Source: Candidatus Rokuibacteriota bacterium | GTDB taxonomy: Bacteria; Methylomirabilota; Methylomirabilia; Rokubacteriales; CSP1-6 | DNA: 64,000 bases | Assembly: GCA_016209635.1 (NCBI GenBank) | Contig: JACQWC010000013.1 | Span: 12,680-76,679, forward strand | Reading direction: 5' to 3' | Part shown: positions 37,806 through 46,082 of the stretch, in pieces | How the letters are laid out: every line of letters begins with the position of its first letter | Position numbering within the stretch: the first letter of the stretch is position 1 | Program-made: the position numbers and the translations under genes | Notes under the pieces: generated by a model | Databases searched by the model: none | Seen by the model: only the letters and a program-made list of their open reading frames with translations | Told to the model about the DNA's origin: nothing

Positions 37806-38981
37806 TCAGCGAAGCGCATTTCGCATCAGCGAGCGCAGAGCCGGAAGAGCCAGTGGGAGCCATGGCCGGCCTTTCCTTCGCACCTTGCCGATCAGGCGAG
37901 CGCCAGCGTCTGCGGAGCGCCAGTACTCGTAGAGCCAGGCATAGAGGCGATCGACGCGCTGGCCCGGCATGCGGCGGATTGGCGCTACCGGTTCGGGAGC
38001 CCCCGCAACAGTGGCCAGCAGACCGACCAGCCTCCGCTCGAGGCTGTGCCGCTCCATCACCGCGCGATGCCCAGCGGCGGCGATCTGCGCTCGCGCGTCG
38101 TCATCGCGCAGGTAGTCCTCGACGAGGCGGAGCAGTTCGGCGGTCGTGTCGAACGTCACGAAGTGCTTGCCTTCCTCGAACAGGTTCCCCTGGCCATTGT
38201 CCACGCGGCGGGTGATGAGCATCGCCCCGCAGGACAGTGCCTCGAAGAACCGGAAGTTCAAGTCGTCTCCGGCGGGGAGGTTCACCACGATCTTGGTCCG
38301 GGAGTAGACGGCGGGGATCTCCTCCTGGAGGTACCAGCGCTGCTCGTTCACTCGATACCGCGACGCAAGGTCCCTCATCAGCCGCGCCCGCTCCGAGTCG
38401 GGGCCAGAGCGTTCGCCAATGAAGGCGACGTCGAGATCGCGGGCGCCGCCGAGAGGATGGAAGACCTCGAGGTCGCAGGCGTAGGGCATCCAGTGGACGT
38501 GGGTGCGAGGGTGCTCGGTGAAGCGGCTGACATAGTTGCGCTGGTACAGGAAGACGTGGTCGAAGAACCCGGCCAGGCGCAGCCTCGAGGGCAGGTCGCG
38601 ATGGCAGTCTCCCAGGACGCACGCCGTTGGAAACGGTGCGCGCTCCAGGCCCTCGGGAACGAGCCCGAGCGGCTCGACATAGAGGAACAGATCCGGCCGA
38701 CCGGGGAGCACCTGCAACAGTTCCTCCACGGACGTTCCGAGTGGAAGTCCCGCCTCGGCGCGGTCCCCCTTGTGCGGCGATCCGCCGCAAGCGGGCGCGG
38801 AAATCCTCGACACCTGGCATCCCAGGCGCCTGAGGACGATCTCGTAGAAGCGCCCTTCCCCTTTGTCGTGCCCGGAGAGCGTCGAGAGCAGCACCCTCTT
38901 ACCGGCGCAGGGGAATGCGGACGGAGGATGGCCCAGCATCATCTGCGTTTCACTCATGCCGGTGAGCACGTCGTGCGCCAT
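37806..38981 (-). CDS. CgeB-family / DUF3880-type glycosyltransferase-like protein
   Basis: 391 aa. The C-terminal block NFRFFEALSCGAMLITRRV...FEEGKHFVTFDTTAELLRLVEDYL...AAAGHRAV is paralogous to 32377-33378. Confidence 0.7.
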   Translation of the reverse strand: MAHDVLTGMSETQMMLGHPPSAFPCAGKRVLLSTLSGHDKGEGRFYEIVLRRLGCQVSRISAPACGGSPHKGDRAEAGLPLGTSVEELLQVLPGRPDLFLYVEPLGLVPEGLERAPFPTACVLGDCHRDLPSRLRLAGFFDHVFLYQRNYVSRFTEHPRTHVHWMPYACDLEVFHPLGGARDLDVAFIGERSGPDSERARLMRDLASRYRVNEQRWYLQEEIPAVYSRTKIVVNLPAGDDLNFRFFEALSCGAMLITRRVDNGQGNLFEEGKHFVTFDTTAELLRLVEDYLRDDDARAQIAAAGHRAVMERHSLERRLVGLLATVAGAPEPVAPIRRMPGQRVDRLYAWLYEYWRSADAGARLIGKVRRKGRPWLPLALPALRSLMRNALR

Positions 38982-38996
38982 CAGCCGCCCGCCGGC

Positions 38997-39836
38997 TCAG
39001 CGCTGCCGTGCCAGCACGTAGAGCCCATCCGCCATCCCGGCCAGGCCGGCCAGGCGCATGGCCGCGATCAGGGGCGCGCGCTTCCACCAGAATGCCTTCG
39101 ACCACCAGCGGGGCTCAGGCCAGCCCCGATGCACTCTCTGCCGGATCGTGACCGGCACGAAGCCGGTGCGGGAGAGAAGGCGCTGGATGGTGTGGCGAGA
39201 ATAGATCCACTCGTGCTCCCCAGGATCCCATCCGTTCCAGCGGGTGCCGTACCACCAGCCGGGCAGGGACCGGTACGTGGGCGTCACGAGCGCGAGATAA
39301 CCCTGCGGGCTGAGCCGAGGGCGGGCCGCGTCGAGAAACAGCACAGGGTCGAGCAGGTGCTCGAACACATGGCTCAGGAGAACGACATCGAACTGTTCGT
39401 CCAATGATTCCAGGGTGCCGCAGGTGAGATGACGCCCGAGGCTTCGTCCGTATTCCACCGCCCGTCGATCGCGGTCAACGCCCCGGGCCGTCCACCCACG
39501 TTCTGCGAAGTACCCGACCGTGGCACCAGTCGAGCAGCCGACATCCAGGAAGGACCGGGGCGCCTCGCCGACGCAGGCGACGAGAAAGCGGTAGGTATCC
39601 TCGGCAAACCATCGCCACCGCGCTTCTTCGACCATACGCCAGCGGTAGGCCTCCGTGGAATCGTCCTGCCGATGCGCCGGCGGCCACAGGCGCTCAACGC
39701 CACAACCACCGCAGCGCAGAACCACGTGGGACTCGGAGAGGCGAAGCAGCTGCTGGAACGTCCGCTCGTTCGCGCAGATACAGCACCGAATGGTGACTTC
39801 AAGTCTGGCTGGCCCCCGCGTCTGGACTCTCGTCAC
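38997..39836 (-). CDS. Class I SAM-dependent methyltransferase with N-terminal Cys4 zinc-ribbon
   Basis: Start taken at GTG 39836 (GTGA overlap); the ORF track extends to 40472. CCICANE...LRCGGCG zinc ribbon, then motif I FLDVGCSTGATVGYF and FDVVLLSHVFEHL. Confidence 0.8.
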   Translation of the reverse strand: MTRVQTRGPARLEVTIRCCICANERTFQQLLRLSESHVVLRCGGCGVERLWPPAHRQDDSTEAYRWRMVEEARWRWFAEDTYRFLVACVGEAPRSFLDVGCSTGATVGYFAERGWTARGVDRDRRAVEYGRSLGRHLTCGTLESLDEQFDVVLLSHVFEHLLDPVLFLDAARPRLSPQGYLALVTPTYRSLPGWWYGTRWNGWDPGEHEWIYSRHTIQRLLSRTGFVPVTIRQRVHRGWPEPRWWSKAFWWKRAPLIAAMRLAGLAGMADGLYVLARQR

Positions 39837-40900
39837 CGCAGGGTTGCGCCGCGCGAGAACGTCGCCCAGAAGGCCCTCCGGATGAGAGCCCATCTCACCT
39901 TCTTCCAGGATCGATAGGCCGGGAGCAACGCGCGCAATGCCCGCGCCACGAACGGTGTCATCCGTAGCAGCCACGCGAGCACCCTGGTGACCCGCAAGCA
40001 TTCCGTGGCGAGGATCGGAGCGCTCTGCCCGACGAGCTCGCCATCGTCCTTCGCCACCGCGCGCGCCAGAAACAGCAGATACCCGGCGTCGCGTCTCACC
40101 GGGCACCAGATGTGACCGGCGATCAGCATGAGTGGATGACCCGCGTAGGCCCGGGACCAGTTCGTCCGCTGGATTCGGGCCAGCGCCTGTACGTCCACCC
40201 ACCGAGCTTGGAACGTGTAGTCGCCGGCCTGCCGCGCGGGGGTCGCGACCACCGGCTCCCGGATGTAGCCGACGTCGCCGACTAGAGCGAGCCGGACCCA
40301 CATGTCCATGTCGGCGGGCAACCCAAGGTTTTCGGGGTACTTCCCGACCAGCGCGTAAGCGTCGCGGCGGGCCATCACCGTCGACGCTTGAATGAAAGAG
40401 CTCCACCGCCGAGCCATCCGCCGAGCGACGCGGCGGCCGGGGGCCACAGCAGGCCACCATTCCTCCGCCCACGTGCGAACGTGCTGCCCGGCACTGTCGA
40501 TCGTGCGAACGGCAGTGTAGACGAACGAGACCTCCGGATGGGTGGCCAGAACCGCAACGCAGCGATCGACGATTCGCGGATCGTACACGTCATGGTCGTG
40601 ATAAACCGTGACGTACTCGCCCCGCGCCAGATCCAGGCAGCGATTCCAGGCCGGATAGAGGCCGAGGTTCACAGGATTCCGATGGTAACGGATCCGTGGG
40701 TCGTCGAAGCGGCGGACGACTTCTGGGGTCTCATCGCTGGACGCATCGTCCACGACGACAAGCTCGAAATCGGTGAAAGTCTGCTGCAGCAACGACTCGA
40801 GTGTACGGCCGAGCGCATGGGCGCGGTTGAACGTCGGCACACAGAGACTGACCGTCGGCGTCCGGTCAGACGGGTTGGTCAATGCGGGTCGCCTCGGCAC
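39833..40900 (-). CDS. Glycosyltransferase family 2
   Basis: 355 aa. VSLCVPTFNRAHALGRTLESLLQQTF...LVVVDDASSDET is the classical GT2 N-terminus. Confidence 0.85.
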   Translation of the reverse strand: MPRRPALTNPSDRTPTVSLCVPTFNRAHALGRTLESLLQQTFTDFELVVVDDASSDETPEVVRRFDDPRIRYHRNPVNLGLYPAWNRCLDLARGEYVTVYHDHDVYDPRIVDRCVAVLATHPEVSFVYTAVRTIDSAGQHVRTWAEEWWPAVAPGRRVARRMARRWSSFIQASTVMARRDAYALVGKYPENLGLPADMDMWVRLALVGDVGYIREPVVATPARQAGDYTFQARWVDVQALARIQRTNWSRAYAGHPLMLIAGHIWCPVRRDAGYLLFLARAVAKDDGELVGQSAPILATECLRVTRVLAWLLRMTPFVARALRALLPAYRSWKKVRWALIRRAFWATFSRGATLR

Positions 40901-40939
40901 TTCTGATAAGGAACTCCGTCGGGTGGGACGAGCCGTGCC

Positions 40940-41656
40940 TCACAGCGTGTATCCTGCCTTGAGAGCGTCGTCGCGGAACATCTGCACGGTCTCGAGCGAA
41001 TATTCTGTGAGGCCCTTGCCGACGATCTCGAGCTTCTTGAGCAGATCTGCCGTCACAGTGATGACGTGGCAGCCGATGGCGTCGGCCTGAAAGACGTTGA
41101 GGATCTCGCGTGGACTCGCCCAGATGAGCCCGACGTTCGCATACGGTCGCAGCAGCTCAAGTGCCGTCGTCATAAGGGGCACGGGGTCTACCCCGGTGTC
41201 CGCGACTCGTCCGGCGAACACGGATACGTACGCCGCTGGCCCGCCCGCCAAGCTCGTCATCATCTCCCGTACCTGATCCAACGTCAGGACCGCAGTGACG
41301 TTTGTTCGGATTCCTGCGTCCGCCAGACGGCGCACGAGCTCGCGGGACGATTTGCCGCGGGTATTGGTGATGGGGATCTTCACGAACACGTTGTCGCCCC
41401 AGCTCGCGATCTCGCGAGCCTGGCGCTCCATCTCGGAGAACTCGTCGGAGAAGACCTCGAAGGAGATCGGCCGGTCGGGAATGGCGGCGACGATATCCCA
41501 CGCGAACGCACGGTAGTCTTCGACACCCGCCTTGCGCATCAGTGTTGGATTGGTCGTGAAGCCACGGATGAAGGGCTTGCCGTACAACTCGAGCATCGCA
41601 GCCTTGTCGGCACCATCTGCGAAGATCTGCACGCGCAGATCGCGCAAGCGAGTCAT
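40940..41656 (-). CDS. Transaldolase / fructose-6-phosphate-aldolase family protein
   Basis: Start at ATG 41656 (MTRLRDLRVQIFADGAD), with a GGGGGA Shine-Dalgarno about 10 nt upstream. FTTNPTLM and KIPIT motifs of the short transaldolase (TalC/MipB) family. Confidence 0.85.
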   Translation of the reverse strand: MTRLRDLRVQIFADGADKAAMLELYGKPFIRGFTTNPTLMRKAGVEDYRAFAWDIVAAIPDRPISFEVFSDEFSEMERQAREIASWGDNVFVKIPITNTRGKSSRELVRRLADAGIRTNVTAVLTLDQVREMMTSLAGGPAAYVSVFAGRVADTGVDPVPLMTTALELLRPYANVGLIWASPREILNVFQADAIGCHVITVTADLLKKLEIVGKGLTEYSLETVQMFRDDALKAGYTL

Positions 41657-41676
41657 CTGTACGTGTCCCCCAAGAC

Positions 41677-42288
41677 CTAGTGTGTCACCGACTCCCACTT
41701 CATCGGAGCCTTCTGCAGCGCTGGGTGCGCGACGAGCAGGTGCCAGACCACCGCCTGGAACGCCTCCGTGTGGGGTGTCACAGTTGCCGGGTTGACCGTG
41801 GGAACGATCACACACGCGTCCGCTACTTTCGCCGTGTGACCGCCGTCCCGGCCGACGACGCCCCCGATGCTTGCGCCCACGGCCTTTGCGTACTCCAGCG
41901 CCCGCACGAGGTTCGGGCTCACGTTGCGCCCCAGGTCGCCACCGCCCACAGAGAAGACGAGCACCATGTCCCGCCGCGAGAGGCGGCTCCCCTCGAGCCA
42001 GCGGGCGAAGACGGACTCCCAGCCGTCGTCGTTGATCCGGGCGGTCAGCTCGGACACGTTGTCGATGGGCGTGTAAGCCTCGATCCCCACGATCTTCCTG
42101 AAGTCGCTCACCGCGTGGGAGGCGTGGCCGGCGCCACCGCCGACGCCGAGGACGAAGAGTCGGCCTCCGCGCTCACGCAGCGCCACGAGGAGGCCGATCA
42201 TCTTCTCGATGGCCGCGACGTCGATCTTCTCGATGATCTGGGCGGCCTCGGCGAGGTAGCGGGCGGCGAACGGCTCGGGCGCGGTCAT
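41677..42288 (-). CDS. SIS-domain sugar-phosphate isomerase (GmhA-like, sedoheptulose-7-phosphate isomerase candidate)
   Basis: Start at ATG 42288 (ATGA overlap), 203 aa. RLFVLGVGGGAGHASHAVSDF parallels the GNGGS..A.HFA.E motif of GmhA. Confidence 0.8.
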   Translation of the reverse strand: MTAPEPFAARYLAEAAQIIEKIDVAAIEKMIGLLVALRERGGRLFVLGVGGGAGHASHAVSDFRKIVGIEAYTPIDNVSELTARINDDGWESVFARWLEGSRLSRRDMVLVFSVGGGDLGRNVSPNLVRALEYAKAVGASIGGVVGRDGGHTAKVADACVIVPTVNPATVTPHTEAFQAVVWHLLVAHPALQKAPMKWESVTH

Positions 42289-43325
42289 CGCTCCGTTACC
42301 CCGACGGGGGTCTCCAGGCGCACCGTCGCCCCCGAGCGAGCCGACTCGTAGACGGCCTCGACGAGCCTCAGGGCTGCGAGCCCGTCCTCTGCGCCGACTG
42401 CGGGCGCTCCTGCTCCGCGGATCGCGGCGACGAAGTCCTCCCACTCCCGATCCCACGAGCGGTCGGGTTCCGGGAACTCGAGCCGCTCCTCCTCCGGGGG
42501 TCCCGACGGGATGCGCCGCTGCATCGTGAGCCGCTCGGTGCCGTAGGACTTCCCGAGGCCCTCGACCAGCAGCGCCCCACGTGCGCCGACGACCTCGAAG
42601 GAGAAGAGGTTCTTCCACTGGGTCCAGCTCGCGTGGAGCGAGGCGACTTGGCCCTGGGGAGTCCGGAAGAGCGCGAAGACGTTGTCCTCGACCGGGGCCC
42701 GCCACTCCCACGTGGCCGTAATCCCGGTGGCCTCGGACAGATCCCCGAGGAACCACCGGAAGAGGTCGATCGCGTGGATTCCCTGATCGAGGAGTTCGCC
42801 GCCACCGGAGCGCTCCGGGTCCATCCGCCACTCGCGCTCGTACCCTGGGCGGCCACCGTGACCGTAGCGGCAGCGGATGAAGTAGATGTCGCCCACCTCG
42901 CCGCGCACGGCAAGGTCGTGGGCCTGGCGGATTGCCGGATGCTCGCGATGGTTGAACCCCACCTTGAGGAAGCGCCCTGTCCTCCGGACGGCGGCGACCA
43001 ACTCCCCAGCCTCACGGCTGCCGGCGGCCATCGGCTTCTCGCAGAGGACGTGCTTCCCCGCCTCGAGCGCGGCGATCGAGATCGGCGCGAGCCAGTCGTG
43101 GGTGGTTGCGACGATGACGACGTCGACCTCGGGGTGGCGGACGACCTCCCGCCATCCGGCGAGCGTCTGCGCGCCCGCCGCCTCCGCCGCCTCCCGCGCG
43201 CGTGCCGGTTCGAGGTCGGCGACGGCGACGACGCGGCTCGCTGGATGGCTCGCCGCGACCGTGGCACGGCGGAGCCCGATCGCCCCGCAGCCAACGACGC
43301 CGACGCCGAGCGCGGCCTCGGTCAC
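42285..43325 (-). CDS. Gfo/Idh/MocA family oxidoreductase
   Basis: The 641-aa ORF-track entry runs through the upstream SDR gene in another frame. The real start is GTG 43325 (GTGA overlap). Motifs VGVVGCGAIGLRR and KHVLCEKPMA. Confidence 0.85.
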   Translation of the reverse strand: MTEAALGVGVVGCGAIGLRRATVAASHPASRVVAVADLEPARAREAAEAAGAQTLAGWREVVRHPEVDVVIVATTHDWLAPISIAALEAGKHVLCEKPMAAGSREAGELVAAVRRTGRFLKVGFNHREHPAIRQAHDLAVRGEVGDIYFIRCRYGHGGRPGYEREWRMDPERSGGGELLDQGIHAIDLFRWFLGDLSEATGITATWEWRAPVEDNVFALFRTPQGQVASLHASWTQWKNLFSFEVVGARGALLVEGLGKSYGTERLTMQRRIPSGPPEEERLEFPEPDRSWDREWEDFVAAIRGAGAPAVGAEDGLAALRLVEAVYESARSGATVRLETPVGVTER

Positions 43326-44173
43326 TTCCAGCCCATCCCGCGGTCGGCCGGCACGATCCGCCGCAGCGTGTAGACGTCGGTCTTCGTCATCTCGTCGAGG
43401 TGCTCGCCGAACTCCGCCCAGCGGTCCCAGACAGCGCTGATGAACTTCCCAGTGATCCTGTCGCCCGTGTCGGCCGCCAGGTAGGCGACGAGGGCCGCGG
43501 GGATCGCGGGGTCGACAGCGCCCTGCGCAACTTGCTCCTGCGTCTTCTTGAAGTAGTCCGCGCCCGCGCGCTCGCCGGCGGCGAGCGTCTCCTGGTGGAG
43601 GCGCGTGGCGACGAAGCCCGGGGCCACGGCGTTGACCTGAATGTTGTGCGGCGCGAGCTCGAGCGCAAGGGTCTCCGTGAACCTGACGACCGCGGCCTTG
43701 GAGACCGCGTAGGCGGTGAAGCGGGGGAAGGGAGTGGCCGCGCCGCCGCCCGACATGTTGACGATCTTCCCACACTTGGCGCGGATCATCGCGGGCACGA
43801 CCTCGTGGCAGACGCGGAAGGTGCCCAGCAGGTTGATCTCGATCGTCCGCTGCCACTCTGCGGAATCGTTCTCCCAGGCGGGGCCGATCGGCCCGTAGAC
43901 GCCGGCGTTGTTCACGAGGACGTCGATCCGACCGAAGCGATCGAGCACCGCGCCGACGAGCCGTGCGACGTCGGCGTGGCGGCTCACGTCGGCGGCCAGG
44001 GCGAGCACCTCGCTCCCCGGGCGGGTGAACTCCGCAGCGGCAGTCTCGAGGTCGCTCTCGCGCCTCCCGCAGAAGGCGACTCGGGCGCCTTCGGCGAGGA
44101 ACCGCGCGACCACCGCCTTGCCGATGCCGTGGCTCCCGCCCGTGACGAGGGCGACGCGGTCCTCGAGGGTCAC
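43322..44173 (-). CDS. Short-chain dehydrogenase/reductase (classical SDR)
   Basis: 283 aa. LVTGGSHGIGKAV cofactor motif, NNAG, YAVSKAA catalytic Y-x3-K. GTG start at 44173. Confidence 0.9.
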   Translation of the reverse strand: MTLEDRVALVTGGSHGIGKAVVARFLAEGARVAFCGRRESDLETAAAEFTRPGSEVLALAADVSRHADVARLVGAVLDRFGRIDVLVNNAGVYGPIGPAWENDSAEWQRTIEINLLGTFRVCHEVVPAMIRAKCGKIVNMSGGGAATPFPRFTAYAVSKAAVVRFTETLALELAPHNIQVNAVAPGFVATRLHQETLAAGERAGADYFKKTQEQVAQGAVDPAIPAALVAYLAADTGDRITGKFISAVWDRWAEFGEHLDEMTKTDVYTLRRIVPADRGMGWK

Positions 44174-44363
44174 CGCCCCACCGCCATGTACCGGAATCCT
44201 CGTTCCGCAAGCCGGAGGTCGGCGAGAAGATTCTTTCCGTCGAGAATCACGGGGTTCGCCATGAGGCCGCGCCTCTCACCGTGTGGCCCAGCTCGGCCCA
44301 CGAGGCGGAGATCACCGAGCCCAGCTGCCAGAGGCCGACGACGGCGATCCGCTCAGGACTCAC
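44170..44363 (-). pseudogene. Remnant of a UDP-glucose/GDP-mannose 6-dehydrogenase gene (N- and C-terminal ends only, internal deletion)
   Basis: GTG 44363 opens VSPERIAVVGLWQLGSVISASWAELGHTV, a degenerate Rossmann N-terminus. A second frame ends ANPVILDGKNLLADLRLAERGFRYMAVGR-stop, a typical UGDH C-terminus, and its TGA overlaps the SDR start (GTGA). Confidence 0.45.
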
Positions 44364-45063
44364 CGGCCATCCTCTCCGAGAGGGCCCGGAAGAGCTCCGG
44401 GGTGTCAATCGCCCACACGGCGCCGGGGAGCACTCGACCATACACCGGCGCACCCGCCGCGAGAAGCGCGGGAAAGACGTCGTAGCCGAAGTCGCAGGGC
44501 ACGACGGCTGGGACCATGGGCAGGATCTCGGGCGAGAGAACGTAAAGGCCGCCGTTGACGAGGCGGCTCGGCGCCTCCGACTGGCGGGGTTTCTCGATGA
44601 ACTGGATGACACGGCCTGTCGGATCGAGCCGTACGGTGCCAGAACCGGTCACGTCGTCCTTCTCGAAGAGCCCGATCGTCGCGAGTGCCCGCCGCTCGTG
44701 GTGGAACTCCAGGAGCTCGGCGAGCTTGCAGTCGAAGTAGTTGTCGCCGTACGCGACGAAGAAGGGCGCCCCGCCTAGGTGTGACGCGAAGTTCCTGACG
44801 GTGCCGGCGGTCCCGAGGAGCGTCGGCTCGTAGGCGTAGGTGATCCTGAGGCCCCACTGCGACCCGTCGCCGCAGTACTCGCGGAGGGCCTCGGGCCGGT
44901 GATGGAGGTTCATCAGGACCTCGCGCACACCGCTCCGGGCCAGGAGGTCAAGGAGCCAGGCGACGACCGGGCGACCACCCACGGGTAGCATCGGCTTGGG
45001 GAGCGCCTCGGTGAGGCCCCCGAGCCGCGTGCCCCTACCGGCGGCCAACACCACGGCCTTCAC
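44353..45063 (-). CDS. Sugar-1-phosphate nucleotidylyltransferase (HddC / mannose-1-P guanylyltransferase-like)
   Basis: 236 aa. (V)KAVVLAAGRGTRLGGLTEALPKPMLPV is the canonical G-x-G-t-R-l...K-P motif. GTG start. Confidence 0.85.
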   Translation of the reverse strand: MKAVVLAAGRGTRLGGLTEALPKPMLPVGGRPVVAWLLDLLARSGVREVLMNLHHRPEALREYCGDGSQWGLRITYAYEPTLLGTAGTVRNFASHLGGAPFFVAYGDNYFDCKLAELLEFHHERRALATIGLFEKDDVTGSGTVRLDPTGRVIQFIEKPRQSEAPSRLVNGGLYVLSPEILPMVPAVVPCDFGYDVFPALLAAGAPVYGRVLPGAVWAIDTPELFRALSERMAGES

Positions 45064-45979
45064 CGATCACGGCCTCTCTGATGTAGGCGATCGAGCGCGC
45101 CACGCCCTCTGTGAGAGCGACCCTCGGCTCCCAGCCGAGGGCCCGAGCCCCCTCGATATTGGCGAGGGTGACCCCCGCTTCTCCCGGTAAGTCGTTCTGG
45201 TAGATCGCGGTGAGGCCCGTCCCGAGCTGTGCCTCCACCGCGGCGAAGACCTCATTCACAGAGTAGTTCGTACCCGAGCCGACGTTCAGAACCCGGCCGT
45301 CCGAGCGCGAATCCACGAGGGCGAGCACGTTGATCGTCGTGACGTCGTCGATGTAAACGAAGTCCCGCCGCTTCTCGCCGGTGCCGTAGATCACCGGGCG
45401 CTCGCCGCGGAGGAGGCGCATGGCGAAAGCGCTCATCAGCGGCGGGATCGCTCGCCGCCAGTCCTGGGCGGGCCCGTAGACGTTGAAGTAGCGGAGGACC
45501 GTCAGCCGGAGCCCATGGAAAGCCTGGTAAGCCTCGCAAAACATCGCGCCGGCCCGCTTGCTCCGCCCGTAGACGCTGAGGGGCGCCACGCGGTCGACCC
45601 GCGAGGGGAAATCGAGGATGCCCTCGTACTCCGCGGAGGTATCGGCGTAGACGACCTTCGACGCGCCAGCCCTGTGGGCCGCCTCGAGCACGTTCGCGGT
45701 CCCGACGACGTTGATCTCTGCGGTCTCGACCGGATCTTGCAAACAGTCGGCGAGGCAATTCTTCGCGGCGAGGTGGAAGACCGCGTCGGCGCCGTGGAAC
45801 AGCGGGTAGATCTCGCGGGAGCGGATGTCGACCTCGTGGAACTCAGCGCCGGGTTGAACCTGCTCGAGCAGGCCCGCCGAGAGGTTGTCCAGGCCGATGA
45901 CCTCGTGGCCCTCCTTGAGCAGACGAGTTGCGAGATGGCTCCCGATGAAGCCGGCGACGCCGGTCACCACAACGCGCAT
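45035..45979 (-). CDS. NAD-dependent epimerase/dehydratase (extended SDR)
   Basis: 314 aa. VTGVAGFIGSHL, catalytic YGRSKRAGA (Y-x3-K). The 3' end overlaps the next gene by 29 nt. Confidence 0.9.
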   Translation of the reverse strand: MRVVVTGVAGFIGSHLATRLLKEGHEVIGLDNLSAGLLEQVQPGAEFHEVDIRSREIYPLFHGADAVFHLAAKNCLADCLQDPVETAEINVVGTANVLEAAHRAGASKVVYADTSAEYEGILDFPSRVDRVAPLSVYGRSKRAGAMFCEAYQAFHGLRLTVLRYFNVYGPAQDWRRAIPPLMSAFAMRLLRGERPVIYGTGEKRRDFVYIDDVTTINVLALVDSRSDGRVLNVGSGTNYSVNEVFAAVEAQLGTGLTAIYQNDLPGEAGVTLANIEGARALGWEPRVALTEGVARSIAYIREAVIGEGRGVGRR

Positions 45980-46082
45980 TACGCGGACATTCTAGCCGAA
46001 GCACCGCCTTGGGGTCGAATTCTGGTCGCTCCCGGGCGGCGAAGAGGCCAGGAAAGGCGCGGACGCTTCTGAGCGGGGCGGG

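Noticed and set aside
37479-39407. 642-aa plus-strand ORF
   Set aside because: Antisense to the CgeB-like and methyltransferase genes, with no motifs.
43326-44210. Upstream part of the 641-aa ORF 42285-44210
   Set aside because: It runs through the SDR gene (43322-44173) in a different frame. The Gfo/Idh/MocA domain begins at GTG 43325.
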